A DNA stretch of 64,000 bases from Octopus sinensis (GCF_006345805.1 NC_043002.1:73470001-73534000); one strand, 5' to 3'; positions 41,535 through 57,260 are shown, counted from the first letter of the stretch. Notes: a model not told the origin generated them from the letters alone. Program-made: numbers and translations.

Positions 41535-43213
41535 CGACGGGCTTCTTTCAGTTTCCGTTTACCAAATCTACTCACAAGGTTTTGGTCGGCCTGAGGCCAT
41601 AGTAGAAGACTCTTGCCCAAGAACCATGTGGTTGGTGAGCAAGCTATTTACCACAAAGCCATTCCTGCGCCTGTTGAGGATTTCTGAATAAGATTCCCAC
41701 TCTGGAAGGTCTGCTGAACATTCTTAGCCATCCACTCCATACACTAGACTCTGATACAATAATTCAATTAACGTAGCTGTTCCATGTTTTTACTTCCCGC
41801 CGTGTAGACGATAGTTAACGTTTCTCATGGCGTCATCTTCCTTCACATAGTACAAATCGCGTGTACGACCTCCTTAAGTAGTTTATTGTGCCTCTACGTG
41901 GACTTCTTTGAAATAGTGCCAATTCGCATGATCTTAGAATGTATGTCCACTGTCTGTCTTAGCAGAACGGACACACAGGGTTATCTAATTTCCTCCTACT
42001 TCACTACGTTTGTACTCGGGGGCATAAAGTTATATACACACCTGAAGATGAAGGTGATATTAATAGGAGTCATATGCATATCATTCCAGCTGAGACATTG
42101 TCTATTCTCCTTGTTGGCCCTGCTGGACTGCCTTCGTTATTCTCCTGACATCCTTTGCTCTTTTCACTTCTTGTATTACAATGTCTCTCCTAATTTTCCT
42201 TTTTGCTTTTGCCTGCTACTCCATTGAACCTAGTCTCTGCCTGTTGGTTAATATGTATCCGGTTATTTCTCTAAACATGAAATTCCCCGGTGTTTCTTCT
42301 ATCGCCTTCAGAACTTTCCATTTTCAACAAGTTCTAGGATTGGGTTGGATTAATCTCTTAACTTTGTCACTTGAATCTTCTAGCATACACAAGAGCATTG
42401 CTTTTCCAGCCTGTACTTTTCCGCGATGGATTTAAGGGTAGCTTCAGCTTTGCTTTGTGTCAGTAGAGACCAATCTTAATGAGCCCAGTTGGGACACCGA
42501 GGCATTTTCATGTGTGTTTATTAATCTTAATTTCAATCATTTTTGCTGTGGTAGTTCTGATATTATATATCAACAAAAGCCAGAGAAGCTTTGTTATCAG
42601 CATGATCTGCAGTTAAGCTTTGTAATTGCCTGGATTCAATTCCCGTTTTAATATTATTCAGAGAGTCTTTATACCATCTTCGAAAGCTCTTGATGGGTTC
42701 TTCTATCACTGTTGGAATCGATTGGTTGGCTACAGTGAACAAGACTTTATCAGTTTACACATTCCGTAACAAGAGAAACTCATTCTGATGAAGCGGCTGA
42801 CACAGCCAACTATTTCAGAATAGTGCGTCTTCTTTTGAGAAAAATACTGTAGTATCATCCACAAAGGTTCTTAGACGGGACATTTACCAATCATTGCTGC
42901 CTTCAAGATGATCTCCGTTGACTGCAAAAGCAATACTGGAGAAATGACTCAGATCATTGCTACGCCAACTTCCACACTGATCAAGTCAGTCGTGAAAATC
43001 TTTGTAGGGAATAGCATAGAGAAGCTGATAAAATATTTTAACATTTCTTACAAAAAGATAGACTACTGTTGTCACTGAAGAATTCGTTCTATAAAAGTAC
43101 TGGAATATTGGACCTGTTTCGCTACACATCTCGGTGAGTTCAAATCCCATGTTGCTTTTGTCTCACACTGGAATTGATCAAAAAGATAGTTGGTACACAC
43201 ACGCGCGCGCGCG

Positions 43214-43249
<36 letters not shown>

Positions 43250-43697
43250 CACGCGCACAGATAGATAGACAGAAATACATTTATGTATATATAAACATAT
43301 GCACATGCATATATATATATATAAAGAGAGAGAGAGAGAGACTTAGCGGTTAGAGTAATCGTCTAAGAGATAAGAATATCCGTTATTACAACCAATGTAA
43401 ATTACCTATGTTAACCCTTGGAATGGGTATGCAAACATACTGTGCACATAGGATACATAATATACGAGAGTTTATTAGGAATCAAATTTAAATAAAGCAG
43501 AAAAAGAAGAAAACTTTCGATGGTAGTCAATTTGTTTGTTGATCAAAAGTTTTTTTTCCATTTTCCGTTCAATATATATATATATAAAATTTAAATTTAA
43601 GACCATAGCGGATCTTCTTCTCGTATAGTGGATGTCCACTTACTGGTCATCCCTCTTATATGTATGTATTATATATATATATATGTGTGGGGGGGGG

Positions 43698-43803
<106 letters not shown>

Positions 43804-44462
43804 TAGTTTTTCTTTTATTTTAAATGTGAAATGAAAATTTTAAAAAATCTTCTGAGCAACATGTGTCAAAAGAACGGATGCTTTGAAGCTCACATTTTGA
43901 TTTCATTTTTGCGCCTCGCGGAAATATCCTAAACGTTTTAAACTTCATACACCCGAAGTCACTATAATACTTTTCTCAAGAAATAGCTTTGTTGTTTTAG
44001 TAATGTATTTAAAATAATATTTTTAATTAATCTTCCTAAATATTTTTAAAAACAATGAATATGCATCCACGCAGACGCATATATACACACATACAATCAC
44101 TTACATGCATGTCATTATATATACATGCATACACATATATGCATATATACACACATAAGCACACATAGACATGTACCTACACATATTAAAACATATATTA
44201 ATTAAACATTCTGAAGCCAACGTTATCTTTCCGAACCAGAGTGAAGTTCAAGGAAGCTGATATTTACATTAAAGATACTTAACCCTATACATACGCAGGA
44301 GTGGCAGTGTGGTAAGTAGCTTGCCTACCAACCACATGGTTCCGGGTTCAGTCCCACTGCGTGGCACCTTGGGCAAGAGTCTTCTACTATAGCCTTGGGC
44401 CGACCAAAGCCTTCTGAGTGGATTTGGTAGACAGAAACAGAAAGAAGCACGTCGTATATATA

Positions 44463-44497
<35 letters not shown>

Positions 44498-45517
44498 TGT
44501 GTGTGTGCATGTGTGTGTGTGTGTTTGTGTGTCTGTGTTTGTCTCCCAACATCGCTTGACAACCGATGGTGGTGTGCTTACGTCCCCGTAACTTAGCCGT
44601 TCAGCAAAAGGGTCCGATAGAATAAGTACTAGGCTTACAAACAATACGTCCTGGAGTCGATTTGCTCGACTAAAGGTTGTGCTCCAGCATGGCCGCAGTC
44701 AAATGGCTGAAACAAGTAAAAGAGTAAAAGAGTGCACCAGGTGCAGCCAATTCCATTCTTTTGTTCAAACTGTTGCTGTCTTGAGTGGAAATTCTTAATT
44801 TTTCTCTCAAAAGCCAAGTCACCTGTTTTTTTTTATTTGAAGCTAACATTCCTCTATAATTGCGCCCAATCTACAATCGTTCAAGTAATTTTACATTCGT
44901 GAGGACTTACTTCACGCACGAACAATGTAAATATCAAGACGGTCGCAATACATTTTCTCCCAGGGCAGATAAATGAATGTTTGTGCTTGTAAAAACTGTT
45001 TTTGAATGTTAGCTCCGTTACCCCCACATGTGTATGTGTGTGTGTGTGTATGTGCGTGCATGTGTGTGTATGTATGTATGTATGTATGTATGTATGTATG
45101 TATGTATGTATGTATCTGATTTTAACTGGAAGACTAAAATTTGCCTACTGTCTATATGGCATCTATCCCAGTTCGACTGAAAAATATTTCACGTGCGTGA
45201 AGCTAGCAGCTTGCAGATTGTGTTTTAATGGCCGTCATGAAATCGACCAAATGTGCACTTATACCGGTTTTGAAAGTAATAAGTACAACTTCGGTTCTTT
45301 TCTAACGCCATACTTTCCATTCAATTATGTCAGACGATTGCTAATTTACTTCTCCAATTCTGGAAGGTTATCAGCATGAGACTATTCGGTAATATCAATT
45401 GACTATTAAGACACTATAATCTCTTAATATAATAATGAGCGTAGTGTTTTTATATATTTGTATGTATATATATATATATATTATATATATATATATAATA
45501 TATGTGTGTGTGTGTGT

Positions 45518-45558
<41 letters not shown>

Positions 45559-45578
45559 TGTGTATGTATGTATGTATG

Positions 45579-45627
<49 letters not shown>

Positions 45628-46052
45628 AAAATCACAGAGTAGGAGTAAGACGGAGTAGGAGAAAGAGTAGAATAAGTGAAGGGAGAGGAGAGAAAATAGT
45701 AATTCAGCGAAGGAGAAGTAGTGAGAGTAATAACCCTGACTGAGAGAGAGTGAGAGAAAGCAATAGCAATGAGAGAAAGGAAGTGGCAAAGAGCGCATCG
45801 TGTATCATCTAATTTTCTTCGTCACAGCATATGAAAGAGAAAGGAAGAAGTAATAGATGAATATCGAAGGAAGGGGTGAAAAAGTAGCGTTTCAGCTCTG
45901 TGTGAATATATGTGTATGTATGTAAAAGGGAGATATGTGAATGTTTGTATCTGTGATTATTATGCACCTTATTTTATACCTTATTTATACATAAACTATT
46001 CCAATTAGCCATCATCATTGACGGACAGGGTCAGTTAGTGTTACATAAACAA

Positions 46053-46105
<53 letters not shown>

Positions 46106-46249
46106 TGATAGGTATTGATGCCACCTGACCCAAAGTGTCAGGTAACGCTGAGAATGTGCTATGGACTGACCATAGTTAAGCTCCAGTTTCGATAATGATA
46201 CGAATGAGGAGTCCAACGTGGGTCGAGAATTAGCATGCATGTATATAAT

Positions 46250-46889
<640 letters not shown>

Positions 46890-46947
46890 TAGATATAGAT
46901 ATATATGCATGTATGTATGTATATATATATATATATGTGTGTGTGTT

Positions 46948-46998
<51 letters not shown>

Positions 46999-48394
46999 AG
47001 AGAGAGAGAGAACGAACAAGAGATAGAGACAGAGAGAAAAAGGAGAGAGTTTCGATACACACACCAAAAATTATCTGGGGACTTGTCAAAAGAAATTAAT
47101 TATTTTTGATTTTTATATTTAGACGTGAAGATGAACCAAGAAGCGAATTGGTAAAGTCGTCACAACATCGAATGGAATGACTTGCAATATTCGTTCCGGC
47201 TTTCTACCTTCTTGGATCAAATTCTACCGCGCTTGGTTTTATCTTTTTCAGGTCCAGGGTCGATAAATAATGAACATGTTAGGGGCGGTGGATTGGCCGG
47301 ACAGTTAGAGCGACAAAGGAGATGACTTCTGGCTCTTTGCGTTCGGAGATCAATTTCCTCTTCTTCTAGGGTTCATTCACCCAACAACAACAAAACCGCT
47401 TTGTATAACTAATATATATTCAACATGCAACACCATGCGGCTACAAGTAATTATGATTTTCAATGTTGTAGCAGTTGTGGCTATGTAAATTTCGATTATT
47501 AATTACCATATTTTGCTTTGAATTATTCCACCCCGAATTCCATTTTGCAAAATTGAACCCACCCATTTTCTATCCGCTGTTGGATGAAGCTTCAGTAACT
47601 CAGCTGCTTGCCGATGTTTCATCCAGCACTTGACAGAAAATACGTGGATTCGTAATAGGAATAATTCTATATATCGCAAGGACTTATTAAATTGGACAAA
47701 TTCTCCAGTACATCACTGTTACTTAATTTAACTGAATACGTCCCAATATTTGGCTGGAACTTAATTTGACAAACTTTATCTCCTGAACATTAGTGGCATG
47801 TAATTGAAATAACCTAACCCCAGTACAACACTGATATTTAATTTAATTGGATTATAATCATCACTGCATGACTGGTACTTCATTTAATTGATGGTCTACA
47901 TCCCACTCCCTATATATAAATGGTACTAAAATTCGGTTGAACCTTACATGAATGAACCTTAGACCCTGTATGTAGTTGGTTCTGAATTGGAAAATGAACC
48001 CTGTCCCCCACACTAAACACCACTAGATAAATGCTTATTGAATGTCTGTCACTCAAGCGATTCTGCAAATCTACCGCTCCTTGTGTCACTTTGATGGCAT
48101 GCGCTGCTTTCTCACTCAATAATAATAACTCTTTCTTATTTAGGCACAAAGGTCAACAATTTTTGAGGGGCGATTAATCATTATCCTCGACCCCGGCACT
48201 TGACAGGTACTTAATTATATTCAGTCTGGTGAGATAAAAAGGAAAAGTTCATTTTGGCAGGGTTTGAACCCAATAGAGTAACGAAAAAAATATCATGCGA
48301 AATTTTTCGACGCTTTATTGATTCTGCTAGGTAGCCAATAATAACGATGTTGATAATAATAACAAGCAATGATCTCAGATTCAATTAATTTCAG

Positions 48395-48583
48395 ATGTAC
48401 CGCATCAAGATTTTCGCATTCAGGAATAGTGAGAGAATAGTGTTTATCGAGGACAAGGAGAGTGGAATTGGAGGAACTATCAATGTACAACGATTTAACC
48501 CAAGGCGTTCAGTAATACAAAACGTCTCAGAAAAGGCAATAAACAGGGCTGTTGCTGAGGCGGAATCATTGTTCGACTTCTAA
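48395..48583 (+). CDS. Terminal coding exon 6b (duplicate): MYRIKIFAFRNSERIVFIEDKESGIGGTINVQRFNPRRSVIQNVSEKAINRAVAEAESLFDF*
   Basis: Same length and frame as 6a, 46/62 aa identical, identical 24-nt acceptor (GATCTCAGATTCAATTAATTTCAG), own AATAAA at 48698. No copy of exons 1-5 was seen between 36.6 and 48.4 kb. Confidence 0.75.
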   Translation: MYRIKIFAFRNSERIVFIEDKESGIGGTINVQRFNPRRSVIQNVSEKAINRAVAEAESLFDF

Positions 48584-48697
48584 ACATTCGAATGTGGAAA
48601 ATTTGTCTAACTGATATTTGCTTTGCGTTCTTTTAATGCGCTTTGTTATGATCCGTTATAATAATTGGAGTTGATGTGATTTAGTAACAGGATTCGT

Positions 48698-48703
48698 AAT
48701 AAA
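48698..48703 (+). terminator. Poly(A) signal for exon 6b (second AATAAA at 48837)
   Basis: AATAAA inside the 74-nt block identical to the 6a UTR. Confidence 0.55.
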
Positions 48704-51700
48704 TTAAATGTCTGGCAAACATTATTAAAACAATTAACAACGATAAGACAAGCAACAAAACTAGCAACGTCTAAAGCCATTGTTTCGTATAATTTGAAGT
48801 AATTATTTTTTTTACTCTGGGGTTCCAACTGTAAATAATAAAAATCAGGAGACGCAGTTTAGAAGTCTTTATTGATTTTTTTTCCATTGCTTTTGTTCGT
48901 TCGCAACTTTCACCCATTAATATCATCTGAAATCATCATCCTTGGTGACTTCAATGTTCATAGCTCTTGCCTGGAGCCAACGATAACGCTTCTGAGTGAC
49001 AGCTCGAATTGTTACAAATAACAACAAGATCTTTTTCTTATCACATTCTATTCCGTATCTTCAACAGTTAATATTCTTATCTATCCGTATCGGTAAGCAA
49101 TAGTATTCATATAAGAATGGTTATAGATAATACCCGTTAAATTTGTCAAAGAGCGTTGATCAGAGAGAGGTCAAAATTAGTGTTAGTGTTAACAGCTTTC
49201 TTTTAAGAAATTTTAAACTGGGATATTTTTTTAAAAGGTTAGAGTAATATAGATTATGCTACTGTATATTATTTGTTAGAATATTCTTATATATTTCTAA
49301 GATAGCTGTTTATAAATATTTAAATGCAGGCATGTCCATGAATGTAACTGCATATCTGTATTTATATGTCCAAAAAAACGCATGTAGATGATGCATTCAT
49401 TTTTCTGTAGAGAGATGCGTCTATAAAGAGATAACTATACCAAGCCATTCACATGCACACATACAAAGACATATATACCCTTCTATATAGGTAAATGCAA
49501 ACATAAACACATACCTCCGTAGCCACACATACACTTAGATATATATATACACACACACATGTGTAAAAAAACATGTGTATGTGTGTATAAATACATACAT
49601 ACATACATTTATTTATTTATTTATATTATTTACATATAGTATTTATATAGTAACCAATTTATTTTACTGAACGTTTCCAGGCTGAAAACCTTTCAGAAGT
49701 AGAGAAGTAAATTAGTAATAATCACACACAGATAAATGAAAACGTACAGCTGGAGTTCATTGCTATTGGAGGCCTGAGAGCGCTACATCTGTTTTATAAG
49801 TCTCAGATTTCATGGATGAAAGAATACTGTCAAAAAAAAACCGACAGCCAAAACAAAAATAACAAGACTAGCTTTTAAACTCATCAGTTTTATATCCTTT
49901 CGGTTGATGTCTTTTAACTAGTGACTTACATGCCAGCATATAGAGGCAAATTGTCCGCGCCTGTTTTGTGTAAAATTTAACAGTATTGATGATGGTTCAC
50001 GCTCCCGTTTACTGTTAATATTCAAACTTGTACAAATAGTATCTTACTTACAATGGTGGACAAACATTTTCGGCAGTCACGTAAGTACAAGAAAATTTTC
50101 AATTGGCACACTTTGGGTGTCTCTTTTAGTTGCGTACCCAGTATAAAGAAAATCTTAGAAAATAAGTTCTAATTTAACACAGAGGTAGACTGTCGTTCAG
50201 AGATAATGCTACATGCCCAATAACCGGTCAGGCTGGACGACGTAAGTTCGGTAATATATGGACATAACTGAAGGCCACTTTAAGAATAGGTTCAGTAGTT
50301 ACAAGTCTTTGTTTAACGTCCAAGAGAGACGTAATGCCACCACATGTGCGAGAAATGACAAGTGAAAAAGGATCTGCATAATATAACATCAATTAGAGAC
50401 TGTTGGAAACGTGCAGACTTTATCTCAACAGTAGTAGGAAGTGCAGAATTTGTTTCGCAAAAAAAGTCATACTGAAAATTCACTCCAATCAGGGGCCTAC
50501 ATGAACTCTAAAAGTGAAACGCTTTCCTCCTGTCTGCATGAACAGAAGTTTATATTAGGCAACTGGTAGGGAACACCCTAAGTATAAAATGGGTTATTCC
50601 TCAATTAGTGTCCCTCTCACCATAAGTGAAAGGTTAATATCTTCCCATATCCAACACTAACATGTACACACTTATACATGCAATTCGTAGAATGGGTGGT
50701 GCGTTGTGTTCTTGAGCGGAACACTTCATCTCACGTTGCTCTGCGAGCGCTTCGACACCTGACGCGCGGGACAGGTAAAGACGAATTGACCAATGGAGTG
50801 AGCTGATGTACAACACATACATTTGAGCGCTATAAACAAATCGTTTGTGCAGGTCATTCGGCAACTGCTGAACATTCATACGTTGTCTTCGACGAGAAAG
50901 TTCATCATACATGCATATACATTATCACACATGGTTGTAGAAAAACCATCCACTCTTCTCTTCTGTCCCCCCCTTCCACCTTTCTCTTGTTCTTCTATCT
51001 CTGTATTCTTTCTCTCACTTTTGCCCCCATCTTCACCTTCCTTTCAAATATTACATAAAGCAGGGGTGTACAATTTATATGCTGACATGTAGGTTATTGG
51101 TTAAAAGGGACCAACTTAAAGGACATAACTTAGAGGACATAAGAACCATCCTTGTTTTTTCTTTTTTTTTTTGTTCTGGATATGTTTCCTTCGACTGTGT
51201 TCTTTCATCTTCAAGTCTTGTTTCGTTTTTTTTTTTGCAACAGTTCTGGGATCCATAAAACGAATATGGTGCTTTCAGGCCTCCATTATCAAAGAGCCCC
51301 AGCAATAATTTTCCGTACAGCCATGTTTGATGAATGGTAAATTTCTTCTCCACTTCTGAAAAGTTTTCAACATGAAACTATTCGGTAACATAATTTAGCT
51401 GTTTTGAAACTAAAATATCATATAATTATTATACCCAATCTATTACCTAATATACGAGTACCAGCTTTTACAGGCTCCTGAAAAACTCATCATGTATATA
51501 AAACATGCACAGGCAGTTATATATGGCTTCAAAACATTTATGAATATGTCGCATGAATATAAACATAATTAACACAGAAGATAATCCATGGCAAGAAACT
51601 GCTCATAGCTTCAATTAGCTTATATATCATACTTATATGTTACATCAATTTTACCTTTTTGCTATGTTTTATTGCATCATTATGAGCACCTGTTTCCATA

Positions 51701-52399
51701 ATGTGCATTATTGCATCAACAAGACACCCAATTTTTTGAAACAGCTGTATAGCTTACTATGGATTACCTTTATTCTGAATTATATTATGTTTATATATCA
51801 TCTTTATAAATGTTTTGAAAGATTGTCATGGAGTATCTTCTATCTTAATTATATTTATGTTTATGTAAAATATTTACGGATATTTTGATGTCATGTATAT
51901 ATATATATATATATATATATAGTTAATCGAAACATGAAAGCACAAAGAGAAAACACAACAACGCGAGGACGTAGAACAAGTATAGTGTTATTCGACGCCC
52001 AGGAAAGGAAAGAAAGAAGGAGCATTTAACGTTTCGAGCGGAGCTCTTCGTCGGAAATATAGGAAAAGGAAAGATCCAAGGAAGGGAAGACGGAGGGGGA
52101 AAATCGTCAACGATACACACGCGGTCACATATATATATATATATATAACTGCTTGTCCATCTTTTATCATTGTAATCATTCGCTCGACTTGTGCATTTCT
52201 TCTGGCTAATTCTTGATCTGCTGGATTATTTTCCCCGTGATTAGGATGTTAGATTTTAAGAATTAAATCCGGTTCGAGCATTAATCCGGTCCAAATCTAC
52301 ACTATGCTTTTGACGTCTCTTTATTTGTTGTATACCCCAAGTTCAATTCTTTCTTAGCACTACTAATAGCACACACCATAAACATGCAGTACTCGGCTA

Positions 52400-52470
<71 letters not shown>

Positions 52471-52529
52471 GATATCTCTACTCCATCTCGGGATACTTAC
52501 TTAGCGCCACTTTTACCAAAAGCAAACGA

Positions 52530-53900
52530 CTTAATATGTCGGCTACCGTGACACACCTTTTACTTTAATAATACGCCTGAAAAGGCTAGGGATAATTTTT
52601 TAATCTTATATCTTATAAAACCCACCGCATAAAAATTTATTAGGCAAATCCGATTATGATCTACTAAATATGATTTTCCAAATACTTACACACCTTCTAA
52701 AAGGAACTATCTAGAATTGTAGCCATAGTTAAGCGCTAACCTGATGTACATGTTTCCGCTGACAAGGCCAGGAATTTTTATGCTCTCTCCATAAATGAAT
52801 ATCGAAAATTTATTGCTGAGAAACTGAATTGAAGCTACAAAACGGTGGATAAATCTACTCTGAAGAAGACTAATTACCTACATTGAGAACTCGTCAGAAA
52901 ACTCGGTATTGAGGACAGGACTAAACCGTACATACCTAGATAACCTCTTTTCAATCTAAAGAAGGGTCACAAATCCGGTTTCATCATTAAACCGTCGATC
53001 AGACTCATTTGCCCCACTAAATCCTACCTTGCTCTGGTTTAGTAACACTATTTGAAATGCAATCATCCCAGCTGTTAAAGAAAAGCTTAAGATTAACCAT
53101 TAGCGTAATACAAGTGAGGTTATTACATGGTTCTGTCTTTTCCAAAATAAGAGCAATTCCTTCTTGCAGTTTGACATCAACAGTCATTATTCCCCTTTCC
53201 CCTATTTCTCTAAACAAAGCTTTTATATTCGCTAGCAAACTAATGCCTCTCTATTCTTTAGATATTGATATCATATTACGGCTAGAAAAACTCTTATTCC
53301 TTACAATAATAAGATGTGGTGTTGAACGTCTATTAATGATTGTTTTGATAGAACGATGAGATCATCTGATTCTGCACCAGTTACAAATCCGGCTGGCATG
53401 TTCCTTTTTCACCAATTTCATTTGATTTTCCAAAAACTGGAAGTCGTCCTTATAGGGTCGATGCTCTATTAGTTGCCGTTGTACTTTCTAAATTTTTGCT
53501 GGAATGCACTCGAAAAGCTCTACATAAAATTTTCGGTAATTATAATTTATCTATTATTTTCAATAATAGTTGTAAAATCGCTAATTTTTCGGATGCTATT
53601 TCAGATTTAAACTCAGCTTTATACAATCCCTCTCATAAAATAAATGAATACTTCAAATTTATAAATGCTAAATTTAAGCACTGCAGATCTGTCTTAGTAT
53701 TATAAATTGCATTTCTATTAGAATTTCTAACTTCCTCGCTAATGAAGTTATTTTTAATAATGAAGCCCTGCTTGCGAGTGGTTTTCCAATAAAATTAAGT
53801 ACAGTCCTAACACTGAGAGGCAATATTTATTCCCACTTAAACATGGACGTTCTATATATAATCTATATATAGTCCTAACACTAAGCTCAAAGTCATGTTA
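52530..53900 (+). pseudogene. Decayed Penelope-like element RT, a different lineage from 29400-30357
   Basis: ADKARNFY, PSIRLICPTKS, QFDI, LNKAFIFA and FDRTMRSSDSA remnants correspond to the ADKT..Y, RLINP.KS, FDI..FYPSI and FDVTMGS.DGAE motifs; preceded by (CT)n. Confidence 0.7.
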
Positions 53901-54577
53901 GAACAATTAACTTCACACAATATGCCAACTGCAGCTAATACTAGTAAGGTTATTTTTTGTGAACTCTCCTGTAGTAAATGACACATGAGGGTTCCACAAA
54001 TTCTCGCTGAACAGCCTGTACAGAATATTTGTTTATAGAGATCAAATGTTTGTGCTGTGCATTAGCTCACTCTCTTCATCGAATTAACATTGCCTGTACG
54101 GGTGCACAGTGTGCGACACATCAGATGTTGAAGTGATCGCAGAGTCACTTGAAGTTGTGTCAAGAGCACAATACACTGCTGGGTCCGTGAATCGAAACCA
54201 CGAATACAAAAAGTAACATAATAATACATAATAACACTAAAAAGGAAGGCAGAAACGTTAGCACACCGGGCGAAATGCTTAGCGGTAATTCGTCTGTCTT
54301 TACATTCTGAGTTCAAATTCCGCCGAGGTCGACTTCGCCTTTCATCCTGTCGAGGTTGATAAATTAAGTACCAGCTGTGTACTGGAATTGATTTAATCGA
54401 CTGGCCCCCTGCCCCAAAAATTTCGGACCTTGTGCCTACAGTAGACATGAATAACACTAAAAAGGCTATTATTAATGATAGTTAGAATACTTAATAATTC
54501 TCACTCTAAATAAAAGGTGGCCCAAAAAACACTAGACTATTTCATAATATGATAACCCTTTTATTTATTGAATATTC

Positions 54578-55625
54578 TGTTACGGGGGGACCTCCGTCGA
54601 ACGAAAGCTGTTACGGAATCCCTCACACAGGCCCGTTTGATCAGCTAATGTTCGCCACGGAAACTCGGGAGAGGAGAGAGACAACGACAACTACAACAGC
54701 AGCCGCAAGAAGAGACACAGAGGCAATTGGCTCACATTTAACATACTAGTTTATATGACTATTAATTGTTACAACATCAAATACATATCAGATACATTTA
54801 AAGAGGACACGTCGAATTAAACAACAACTCAATACATCATACAGGTATACCACAGATCAAAGCATTTAAACTGTCCGGTAACAACACATCAAATTCAATA
54901 ACAACAGCATTTCAAGAGTACACGTCCGGAGACAACAGTTCTGTTTCAAATCACATTAAAGTTACAGTTCAAAGGACATTAAAAGCCTAACAGTTCAATG
55001 TTCATTACACAGTTCTCTTTTGCCTTAACACAACTCTGTACACAATATCTTTACACAGTTCACATTGTTCTTTTCACTGTCTCATTTCTTTTACAGTCTC
55101 TTTACATCGATTCTTTTTCCTTCTTTTTCTTCACATATCAATACACAATTCACTACCTTAGTTCCTACTATAATAGCCAATGTCTTATATTGTACCTCAT
55201 CTCTCTCAGCACCGCTAAATCCAACTTGCTAACCTGCTTGCCCTGAATACCAAATCCTGGCCGCTAAATCCAACCGCTCGTCTTGACTTCCAAATACCGA
55301 CTGCTAAAACCTCTTGCTCTGTCACCACCCCCAATCTCTCTTAGCACTGATAATACTCTCTCTATCGCCGCTTGGTCCTATGTGCCTGTCCTCATCGACG
55401 CTGTCACTCTCTCATGACAGCTCCTAGATTCCTTAATCTGTCTTTCTCAGCCCTTCCTTTTAAGGGGTGTTTAGAACGAACTTTCCTTGACCGGCACAAG
55501 TCCAAAAGTCCCCTAAAAGCTCATTACTCCTTCGTGAATCCGACAGAACAATCGGTTTATCCCAAAAGTAGGTCACACTCAACTGTCCCTAAGCTGAACC
55601 CACAACAATTCTTTTATAAGCAACA
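54578..55625. mobile_element. Possible solo LTR
   Basis: Starts TGTTAC, ends GCAACA, contains internal short repeats; no matching target duplication found. Confidence 0.3.
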
Positions 55626-55659
55626 AGTACGCTTCTTGAAAAACATTTTAAAAATTAAT

Positions 55660-56390
55660 TGTGAAAATTACGTCCTTTAAACGGATACCATTTTGTTATT
55701 GACACTGGTGGGTTCTTTCTAAAGAGTGCTCCATCACTGTTCGAAATGTTTCCTGGCTTATTTCTTCAATTTTTTTCAGAGATGTTAACCTTAAGTAGCT
55801 GGATGATCCGAGGTATAATCTGTCTTTCAGATATCCCCCCCCCCCCAAGAAATATTTGAATATGCTAAATCAATTCAGTGAGAAGACCAATTGAATTTAA
55901 GGCTTCTCGGAATTATCCTTCTTTCAAAAAGTTGCTTTAAGAGCTCCATCTTCGGGAGTGCTGTTTGGGCAGTAGCTCCATCTTGCTACCACCATATTTC
56001 TGGTGTGTTGTCAACTGATTGATGCACGAGCTGTTGCAGCATGTCCCGTACCATTCTCCTAAGATGGTTAGTGCGTTTTCTGCCTCGTCCTCAATGAGGT
56101 AAGGACCGAGAGTTCTTTTAGCACTTACCCCGCACCAAACGGTTACTTTTATAGAGTACAACTCACGTTGGCGGACTATTCTTCGGTTTTATGTCCCCCA
56201 ATACCAGATATTTTGTCTATTGACAAAGCCGCTTAGATGAAAGTGGGCCTCGTCCCCCTTAATGAGGTTGTGAATGAAATCACCTTTTTGCCTTGCCAAT
56301 TCTTGGACCTGGGCAGCATACACTAATCGTACCCGATAATCTGCTGGCTTCAATTCCTGGACTAGCTGCTCATGTTTTTAATCCGCTGTA
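55660..56390 (-). pseudogene. Tc1/mariner transposase remnant
   Basis: DEAHFHLSGFVNRQN and KVTVWCGVS..LGPY..EDE motifs; frameshifted. Confidence 0.75.
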
Positions 56391-56395
56391 GTGAG

Positions 56396-56504
56396 CTGCG
56401 TTGTTAGAGCTTGCCCCGAAATTGCTGGCCAAAATGTGAAACCATTATTATTAGCATGCCGGAAATTTTGGCCAGCAATTCCAGGGCAAGCTCTAACAAC
56501 GCAG
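56396..56504. repeat. Short hairpin, MITE-like
   Basis: CTGCGTTGTTAGAGCTTGCCC..AATTGCTGGCCAAAAT versus ATTTTGGCCAGCAATT..GGGCAAGCTCTAACAACGCAG. Confidence 0.7.
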
Positions 56505-57260
56505 TCTTCATGTTTGACTTTGAAAAAGTGGTCGCGCGATTTTCTTGTCGCTAGCGCGTTGGTTGCGATATCATTTCTAATTGCTTCTAGTTTCTTAACT
56601 AGCCCTTCCTTTAATCTATTTCTCTTATCAATAGCTCTTTACCAAACGGTTCCGACTTATATTTAATTGCCCTCTTCAGGACTCCTCAACCTCTATTGTT
56701 GACTAATTCTTCTGTCAACTCTCTGTAGTCTTTTTACGTCGCGAAAGACGCATTCAGCTTCCAGTTCCGGGTCCCTGTCTATGAATCTTAACTAAGGCGA
56801 CTGTACAAATTTCAAATTTGTTATCTGTGTAACCAACCAGTTTAAATTGCGGACACTCTAAACTATCTCTATCGGCTAACCTAAAGAATACTCTAAGAAT
56901 GATGTGGAAAACCAATTGTGATTGCTCCAAGTCAACACTGGAACATAGGGAAATCTAGTTGGTACCAGTCGGATAGTTGGAAACATTTTCGTATATTTTC
57001 GAGGATTTGGTATACCCTTCTATAAGTTAACCCGCCACAATCGCATCGTGCGTCCAAAATACTATTCTATTCCCTTACAAGTACTAAAGAGCAGGGTGTT
57101 CCTCGAAAGGTTTCTAGATGTCTAAAGAATTCTGATTGTCCTGCCCCGGTGGGTGCATATACGGCCGCTAATGTTAAGGCACTGCCCTTACAGTCATTAA
57201 ATAAGTAGAAATATTGGACATGTGTGATCATAGTAACGCTCGGGAGACGAAAGGCTGTCA
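56505..57260 (-). pseudogene. L1/Tx1-type LINE endonuclease and linker remnants
   Basis: TLAAVYAPT..QSEFFRHLE..SLVLV motif in ORF 57067..57399, plus a linker-like peptide at 56510-56650. Confidence 0.55.

Noticed and set aside
42785-42815. CTGATGA followed by a GGCTG/CAGCC hairpin
   Set aside because: No GAAA or cleavage triplet follows, so it is not a hammerhead; it lies in LINE-like debris.
47435-47490. Hydrophobic mini-ORF MRLQVIMIFNVVAVVAM as a signal exon for a separate exon-6b gene
   Set aside because: No similarity to exon 1, weak donor with incompatible phase, and no room for exons 2-5 before 48395.
50053-50086. ATG..C|GTAAGT as first exon of a downstream gene (MVDKHFRQS)
   Set aside because: Only nine codons and no downstream exon could be linked within the window.
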